This document shows positions 55,786-61,943 of a stretch of DNA of 61,943 nt, one piece after another. Source of the DNA: a virus. Its lineage: Duplodnaviria; Caudoviricetes. The stretch is from IMG/VR virus record IMGVR_UViG_3300025120_000046, positions 1-61,943 of that record; one strand, given 5' to 3'. The number at the start of each line of letters is the position of its first letter. Positions within the stretch are counted from its first letter, which is position 1. The translations under genes were made by a program, and so were the position numbers. The notes beneath the pieces were generated by a model. That model saw only the letters and a program-made list of their open reading frames with translations. It was not told the origin of the DNA and made no database searches.

Positions 55786-56700
55786 ATGAAAGAAACTCCC
55801 TCGCAGTTACCAATTCAAAGTTACGTAATGAATTTCCCACATACATTTTCAACAGATGATCCAAATAATGTTTGGATGAAGGAAATGTCCGATAAAGAAT
55901 TAGCAATAAATAGACCAAAGGCATATAAGCAGTTTATGGACTTGTATAACTTTATGGCTGGACAATCATTAGTACATTTATTACCTGCAGAAGGTAATTT
56001 CCAAGATTTAATTTATGTAGCAAATTTAGGATTACAATTACCACATATTTGTGATGAAAATCATATTTTATTATCAAATTATACTTCACCCCCAAGACAA
56101 GGAGAAGAATATGTAGGTGAAAAATTCTTTAAACAAATGGGTTATAATACTCACATATCACCTCATAAATGGGAAGGTGAAGCAGATATAAAATATTTAA
56201 AAGATAATGTTTATATAGGGGGATATGATATTCGTTCAGATATAAAAACATACCATTGGATGGAAGAAAACTTTAATATGAAAGTTATTAAAGTTAAAAT
56301 GGTTGATGAGTATATGTACCATTTAGATTGTAGTATATTCCCGTTAAATACGCGGTCAACTATGGTTTGTACTGAGTTATATGATAAAACCGAGTTAGCG
56401 CAAATTAGCAAATATACTAACATAATAGACATAGATGCAGAAGACTCAATGTATGGAATGGCTAATTCTGTTAGATTAGGTAATATGATTTTATGTGCTT
56501 CAAATATTTCTGAAATGAAAAAAGGAGATGAATTTTATGAAGGTGAAAAACATAAAATTGCTTCATTAGAAAAAATATGTTCTGATGAAGGGATGGAACC
56601 TGTAATTTTTAATCTATCAGAATATATGAAATCTGGAGCTATGTTAAGTTGTATGGTAATGCATTTAAACAGAGTTGATCATTTTAAATCACTTCTTTAA
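55786..56700 (+). CDS. Amidinotransferase/pentein superfamily enzyme (ArgZ-type arginine dihydrolase / DDAH-like)
   Basis: NNVWM, DLIYVANLG, WEGEAD, YHLDCS, EYMKSGAMLSC (catalytic Cys). Confidence 0.8.
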   Translation: MKETPSQLPIQSYVMNFPHTFSTDDPNNVWMKEMSDKELAINRPKAYKQFMDLYNFMAGQSLVHLLPAEGNFQDLIYVANLGLQLPHICDENHILLSNYTSPPRQGEEYVGEKFFKQMGYNTHISPHKWEGEADIKYLKDNVYIGGYDIRSDIKTYHWMEENFNMKVIKVKMVDEYMYHLDCSIFPLNTRSTMVCTELYDKTELAQISKYTNIIDIDAEDSMYGMANSVRLGNMILCASNISEMKKGDEFYEGEKHKIASLEKICSDEGMEPVIFNLSEYMKSGAMLSCMVMHLNRVDHFKSLL

Positions 56701-57434
56701 TGGCTGAGACTTTAAAAGATTGGTTAAATGGTGAAGTAAATAAATTATCTAAATTATCAGTAGGAGAATTAAGCAACACATTCTTTTTTAGAGATCCCTT
56801 AAGATCAACCCACATAGATTATAAACATTTTTATAGTCCAGCAGATGGAACTATTTTATATCAAAAATTAGTTCAACCTGGTGAACAAGTTTTAGAAATA
56901 AAAGGTATTGATTATACTATCCAAGATGTAATGGGTGATAGCGATTATAATAAACCTTCTTTAGTTATTGGAATATTTATGTCATTTTATGATGTACATA
57001 TTAATAGAATTCCTTATGGTGGTGTACTTAAGTATAAACGTTTGGAACCTATTGAATCTACAAACAAACCAATGTTAGCGGTAGAGAAGGATATTTTAAA
57101 TAAAGTAATCAATCCGAATAACATGGCGTACTTAAAGTACAATGAAAGGATGTCTAACCAAGTGTATGTTCCTTCTTTAGATTACACATATCATATAATA
57201 CAAATAGCAGATGAAGATGTAAATGTAATAGCCCCTTTTAAACAACAGGGGGATCTTTGTACACAAAACGAAAGATTCAGTTTGATTAGATGGGGGTCAC
57301 AAGTAGATTTAGTTCTACCTCTAGATTCTAGATATAAATTTGAGACCATTCTAGATGATACAATGCATGTAAATGCAGGTCTTGATAAATTAATCAAAAT
57401 TAAAGAAACGAATAATGACATCGAACCATCATAA
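56700..57434 (+). CDS. psd: Phosphatidylserine decarboxylase-family pyruvoyl proenzyme
   Basis: FFFRDP, YSPADG, FMSFYDVHINRIP, RWGSQVDL autocleavage site. Confidence 0.8.
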   Translation: MAETLKDWLNGEVNKLSKLSVGELSNTFFFRDPLRSTHIDYKHFYSPADGTILYQKLVQPGEQVLEIKGIDYTIQDVMGDSDYNKPSLVIGIFMSFYDVHINRIPYGGVLKYKRLEPIESTNKPMLAVEKDILNKVINPNNMAYLKYNERMSNQVYVPSLDYTYHIIQIADEDVNVIAPFKQQGDLCTQNERFSLIRWGSQVDLVLPLDSRYKFETILDDTMHVNAGLDKLIKIKETNNDIEPS

Positions 57435-58149
57435 GGACGAAGTATTCAGAAAAAAAAGAATAGTAAAAAACCCAATTAAATTTAAATTACAATTAAACGA
57501 AGAACAAAAAGAAGCAAAGGCAAAAATACTAGATCACACATTATCAGTATTAGCTGGTAGAGCAGGTTCAGGAAAAACATTATTAGCTTGTAATATAGCA
57601 TTAGATGGATTGTTAAGAAGACATTACACAAAAATTGTAATTACACGTCCTACAGTATCAAAAGAAGAAATAGGATTTTTACCTGGTGATTTAAGAGAAA
57701 AAATGGATCCTTGGATTCAACCAATTTATCAAAATATGTATTCTTTGTTTGATAAAGTTAAAGTTGAAAAATTAATTGAAGATGGAAAAATAGAAATAGT
57801 ACCTTTAGCATTTATGCGAGGTAGAACATTTTTAGATTCATGTATTATAGTAGATGAAGCACAAAATGTTACTCATGAACAAATGGAAATGATTTCAACT
57901 CGTATAGGTTTAAGATCAAAAATGATAGTTTGTGGTGATGATCATCAAATTGATTTAAGAGGTAAAGCAGATTCTGGTTTTAGATTTTTATATGCTGCTG
58001 CTAGAAGAATTAAAAAAATGACTAGTATAACTTTAATGCAAAATCATAGAGATCCTATTGTTGATAATTTAATTGAAATCTATGAGGAAGCAGAAGAAAA
58101 AGGTATGTTTAAGGGTACCTCAGGAAGTAGCGGAAAAACCCGGAAATAA
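57415..58149 (+). CDS. phoH: PhoH family ATPase
   Basis: GRAGSGKT, ITRP, IGFLPGDLREK, LAFMRGRTF, VDEAQN, GDDHQID, HRDPIV. Confidence 0.95.
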   Translation: MTSNHHKDEVFRKKRIVKNPIKFKLQLNEEQKEAKAKILDHTLSVLAGRAGSGKTLLACNIALDGLLRRHYTKIVITRPTVSKEEIGFLPGDLREKMDPWIQPIYQNMYSLFDKVKVEKLIEDGKIEIVPLAFMRGRTFLDSCIIVDEAQNVTHEQMEMISTRIGLRSKMIVCGDDHQIDLRGKADSGFRFLYAAARRIKKMTSITLMQNHRDPIVDNLIEIYEEAEEKGMFKGTSGSSGKTRK

Positions 58150-58194
58150 ATAATTGGGAATAATTTTTTATATATTTATAACAAAAAATATATT

Positions 58195-58656
58195 ATGGCA
58201 TCAACATTAACTCCAACAAAATTTCAAATAAAAATTAAGGAGGAACATATTGTTAAGGATATTAAAACTCTTAATGAAACGTTTTTTACAATTGATAATG
58301 TAACTAATGTGGATAGAAGATTTGTAACTGTACCTCAAACAACATCTATAGATTTAATTAATGTTAATGGTGTTGATCCTGGCGCTGGTACATTTCCATC
58401 TAGTAGTATGAAATATGTAAGAATTTCTAATTTAGATAATTCAGCATCTTTAGCAGTTAATTTTACATCATCAGATGATGGTGGAGGAGCTAAATATTGG
58501 ACTATGGAATGTTTACCAACTTCATCTTTAATGTTTTCAAGCCCTAATGTAACAAGTAGTTTATTTAATGGAACTTTTGGTCAAGATATAGAATTTATAT
58601 CTGTTTATTCTTTAAGTTCTAGTATTGATGTTGAATACGTAGTAGTTAACGCTTAA
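58195..58656 (+). CDS. Late structural hypothetical protein
   Basis: TATTTATA at 58173-58180; beta-rich, YVRISNLD. Confidence 0.55.
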   Translation: MASTLTPTKFQIKIKEEHIVKDIKTLNETFFTIDNVTNVDRRFVTVPQTTSIDLINVNGVDPGAGTFPSSSMKYVRISNLDNSASLAVNFTSSDDGGGAKYWTMECLPTSSLMFSSPNVTSSLFNGTFGQDIEFISVYSLSSSIDVEYVVVNA

Positions 58657-58668
58657 AAATAAAATAAT

Positions 58669-59829
58669 ATGGCAAATATACCAATATGGCCCGGTTCTAG
58701 TTCATTCCACCCAGGAGATACACCTTTTGGATTTTATGATAATGATATAGAATTCCAGCAAGACGCAGATAAGTTTGCAAAATTTGCAGCACAAAGATTA
58801 GGTTATCCAATAGTTGATATTGAATTACAAAAATTTAATTTTTATACAGCATTAGAGGAAGCAGTTACTGATTATGCTAACGAAGTATATGCTTATAGAG
58901 TTAGGGATAATTATTTAACATATGACGGTGCTGAAGGGACATTTGATGCTGAAGAAACACTTGTAATTCCTAATTTAGGAAGAGTTATTCAAATTGCTGA
59001 GCAATATGGAGTTGAAGCTGGTACTGGGGGTAATGTTACATGGCATAAAGGTGAAATACAATTAACAAAAAGTGTTCAAGATTATGATTTAGAAAAATGG
59101 GCGGATGAAAATATTCCTCATTATAAAGGACATGATATAGAAATTATGAGAGTGTTTTACGAAGCACCCCCAGCATTATTAAGATTTTTTGATCCTTATG
59201 TAGGATCAGGAATGGGTACTATGGATTTAATGGATTCATTTGGTTTTGGTAATTACTCACCAGCAGGTGTTGATTTTGTATTAATGCCTATGAATTATGA
59301 TTTACAGGTAATTCAACAAATTGAATTTAATGATATGATTAGAAGATCTAATTATTCATTTGAAATGCATAATAATAATTTAAGATTATTTCCTATACCT
59401 GATGGACATCCTCAAACAATGTGGTTTGAATATATTCTAAATTCCGAACGTTCAAGTGCTTCATTTGTAGTAGGTGGAAGTAGTACAATAACTAATATCT
59501 ATGATGTACCTTATAAAAATCCAAATTATGATAAAATTAATTCTATAGGTAGAGCTTGGATATTTGATTATGCTTTAGCAGTATGTAAAGAAATGTTAGG
59601 ATATGTTAGAGGTAAATATCAGGTAGTACCAATACCAGGAGATAACGTTACATTAAATGCAAATGACTTAATTACAGCCGCAACAGGTGAAAAAGAAAGA
59701 TTAATTGACAGATTAAGAGCTTATTTAGGTGAAATGTCAAGAGAAAAATTATTAGAAAGAAGAGCAATAGAAGGTGATTACCTGGAAAAAGAACTAGGAA
59801 AAGTTCCATTTCCAATTTATATAGGATAA
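58669..59829 (+). CDS. Neck / head-tail adaptor (gp13-like)
   Basis: RLGYPIVDIEL, WIFDYALAVCKEMLGYVRGKY, VTLNANDL, final PIYIG. Confidence 0.75.
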   Translation: MANIPIWPGSSSFHPGDTPFGFYDNDIEFQQDADKFAKFAAQRLGYPIVDIELQKFNFYTALEEAVTDYANEVYAYRVRDNYLTYDGAEGTFDAEETLVIPNLGRVIQIAEQYGVEAGTGGNVTWHKGEIQLTKSVQDYDLEKWADENIPHYKGHDIEIMRVFYEAPPALLRFFDPYVGSGMGTMDLMDSFGFGNYSPAGVDFVLMPMNYDLQVIQQIEFNDMIRRSNYSFEMHNNNLRLFPIPDGHPQTMWFEYILNSERSSASFVVGGSSTITNIYDVPYKNPNYDKINSIGRAWIFDYALAVCKEMLGYVRGKYQVVPIPGDNVTLNANDLITAATGEKERLIDRLRAYLGEMSREKLLERRAIEGDYLEKELGKVPFPIYIG

Positions 59830-59830
59830 T

Positions 59831-60427
59831 ATGGCATTATTTGGAGGAGCAAGAGACATAAGCCTATTTAGACACGTAAATAGGGAGTTAATGGCAGATG
59901 TTATTACTCAACAATGCTCATTCTATAAGTTTAAATTAGAAGAAACTAAAGTAAATTTATATGGTGAAGCAGCTGAGGAAAAATATTACATGGGTCCTGT
60001 CTTGTTAAATTGTCTTATTGATAGAGCAAATGAAGATTTCCCTGAAACAGATTTAGGTACTGACTTTACTTGGGGTGCTACATTTAAGTTTTTAAGAGAT
60101 GACTTATTAGGCAAAATGGAAGATTTTAATTTAGATTTTGAACCTACAAATTATCAATATGGAGCAGATTTAGTTCCTGAAGTAGGTGATATTATTTTAT
60201 ATCAAGAAGGTTACTATGAAGTAGATGTGGTTAATGCTAACCAATATTTTATGGGTAAAAATCCAGATTATCCTAATTCACCACAAATACAAAATCCTGG
60301 ATTAGATCAATTTGGCCAGTCAGTTTCTATAATTTGTGAAACACATTATGTACCAGCTGATAAAGTAGGAATAACACAAGAAAGATTATATACAGGAAAT
60401 AATTCAAACCCATCACTAAATGGCTAA
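59831..60427 (+). CDS. Neck / head-closure protein (gp14-like)
   Basis: NLYGEA, PEVGDIILY...YYEV; position after the gp13-like gene. Confidence 0.6.
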   Translation: MALFGGARDISLFRHVNRELMADVITQQCSFYKFKLEETKVNLYGEAAEEKYYMGPVLLNCLIDRANEDFPETDLGTDFTWGATFKFLRDDLLGKMEDFNLDFEPTNYQYGADLVPEVGDIILYQEGYYEVDVVNANQYFMGKNPDYPNSPQIQNPGLDQFGQSVSIICETHYVPADKVGITQERLYTGNNSNPSLNG

Positions 60428-61379
60428 TAGAGGAAAAACACCAATACCGAAGACTCAAAGAGAAATATTAAATTCTCAAATTGAACCATATAACCCGCCT
60501 GCGGGTTCACCTGGTTTTTCGGATACAGGTAATCCTAATGATTCTGGTACTTTTAATAGAGGAAATCAAGTATCATTTAGAGATGATAATACAAAACCAT
60601 TTTCTTTAGGTATTAAAGATATTGATGAAGCTATAATGTACTATATGGAAGAAGTAATTCAACCTACTGTTATGCAAAATGGAGTAGTTCAACAAGTACC
60701 TTTTATTTATGGCTCCCCTGAAAGATGGAAACAAGTACAAAAAGATGGTTACTATAGAGATAAAAAAGGCAAAATTATGTTACCTTTAATTACTTTTAAA
60801 CGTAATAATATTGAAAAAGTAAGAAATATAGCTAACAAATTAGATGCAAATAATCCACATAATGTAAATGTATTTCAAAAGAAATATAGTACTAAAAATG
60901 CATATGATAATTTTGCAATATTAAATAATCAACAACCATTAAAAACAAACTATGCAGTAGTAGTCCCAGATTATGTTAATATGACTTATGATTTTATAAT
61001 TGCTACTTATTATGTAGAACAATTAAATAAAATTATTGAAGCTATAAATTACGCATCAGATTCATATTGGGGTAATCCTGAAAGATATCAATTTAGAGCT
61101 AGAATTGATAATTTTGCTACTCCAGTACAAATAGAACAAAAAGGAGAAAGATCAGTTAAAGCAACATTCTCTTTAAAATTATATGGATATTTAGTCCCAG
61201 ATACAGTTCAAAAACACCTAAGTAAACTTAATAGAAAATTTAATACACCCTCACAAATTATATTTAATATGGAAACAGTACAAAGTATAGAGCAGTTAAA
61301 TCAAAATAGTAATAATAATCCATCACGATTAGAAATTCAAAGTGATAATGATTTTACAGGATTTACAGAAAATATATAG
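60420..61379 (+). CDS. Tail terminator / sheath stabilizer (gp15-like)
   Basis: VPFIYGSPERW, LPLITF, VPDYVNMTY, QLNKIIE. Confidence 0.6.
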   Translation: MANRGKTPIPKTQREILNSQIEPYNPPAGSPGFSDTGNPNDSGTFNRGNQVSFRDDNTKPFSLGIKDIDEAIMYYMEEVIQPTVMQNGVVQQVPFIYGSPERWKQVQKDGYYRDKKGKIMLPLITFKRNNIEKVRNIANKLDANNPHNVNVFQKKYSTKNAYDNFAILNNQQPLKTNYAVVVPDYVNMTYDFIIATYYVEQLNKIIEAINYASDSYWGNPERYQFRARIDNFATPVQIEQKGERSVKATFSLKLYGYLVPDTVQKHLSKLNRKFNTPSQIIFNMETVQSIEQLNQNSNNNPSRLEIQSDNDFTGFTENI

Positions 61380-61416
61380 TAATATTGAATTTCATAATAT
61401 TTATAAATAAAATTAG

Positions 61417-61943
61417 ATGGGTATAATATTAAGACAGAACAAAGGTTCCGAGTTAACGTTCGCAGAAGTAGATGGCAATTTCCAGTCACTCTACTACTCT
61501 AGTTCTCTGTCTGCATCTATTTTATCATTTTTCTTTCCTAGCAGTAGTGTTACACATAGTGTAGATATAGCAGGAGCAGGTGGAGTTAACCAAATTGTAG
61601 CCGGATCTAATGTTACAATTTCTCCTGCAGATGGTAAAGGTATAGTAACAATAAATTCTACAGGTGGTAGTGGTGGATCAGGTATATTTGTTGAAACTGG
61701 TTCATTTTACGCTACTACAAATGATTTACAAATAACAGGTTCACTTGGTCTTAATGGAGATCTTTCTTTACCAGATAATACTTTTATAAGATTAGGTGAC
61801 AAAGCTGGTGGGGGTGGTGGTGATTTAAAAATTTATCATGATAGTAGTAATAGTTACATAGAGGATCAAGGGCAAGGATTTTTATTTTTAAGAGCAGCAA
61901 ATTCACTTGTATTAGAAGATAATCTTGGTGGTAATTATTTTAG
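61417..61943 (+). CDS. Tail fibre-like protein (3'-truncated; not in ORF track)
   Basis: MGIILRQNKGSELTFAEVDGNF..., IVAGSNVTIS, DLKIYHDSSNSYI; late motif at 61398-61405. Confidence 0.7.
   Translation, partial: MGIILRQNKGSELTFAEVDGNFQSLYYSSSLSASILSFFFPSSSVTHSVDIAGAGGVNQIVAGSNVTISPADGKGIVTINSTGGSGGSGIFVETGSFYATTNDLQITGSLGLNGDLSLPDNTFIRLGDKAGGGGGDLKIYHDSSNSYIEDQGQGFLFLRAANSLVLEDNLGGNYF

Noticed and set aside
1-61943. Stop-codon reassignment, as seen in some Bacteroidota phages
   Set aside because: Long genes are intact in the standard code, and TAA, TAG and TGA all terminate genes at sensible positions.

Overview
This is a 62-kb segment of a very AT-rich, large T4-like (gp23/gp20/gp21-type) myovirus, probably jumbo-sized. 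Essentially all real genes lie on the + strand and use the standard code. The host is probably a Bacteroidota (Flavobacteriia-like) bacterium: upstream regions carry TTTG-N19/20-TAnnTTnn promoters and lack Shine-Dalgarno sequences. In order, the window holds: (1) accessory genes (DUF932, RfaE-type nucleotidyltransferase, T5orf172, UvsE, tRNA-Arg(UCU), HD protein); (2) a gp55-like late sigma factor; (3) a baseplate/tail module including a 2636-aa protein; (4) a GIY-YIG nuclease, primase and exonuclease; (5) a ~15-kb block of probable capsid-internal cargo proteins; (6) a small metabolic operon; (7) a lysis-like membrane pair; (8) terminase, portal, prohead protease, scaffold and major capsid protein; (9) an amidinotransferase + PSD-like decarboxylase + PhoH unit; (10) neck and tail-completion genes. 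A recurrent TATTTATA late-promoter motif precedes about 15 genes. Most notable are modular polyproteins whose domains are bounded by [L/I/V]-x-E prohead-protease-type sites and share leader and tail peptides with the scaffold, an uncalled 22-aa 9-Cys metallothionein-like ORF, an ArgZ-like dihydrolase/pyruvoyl-decarboxylase pair right after the capsid gene, and a dispersed ACGCG-N5-ACGCG DNA motif. All calls are by-eye motif recognition; no database searches were run.
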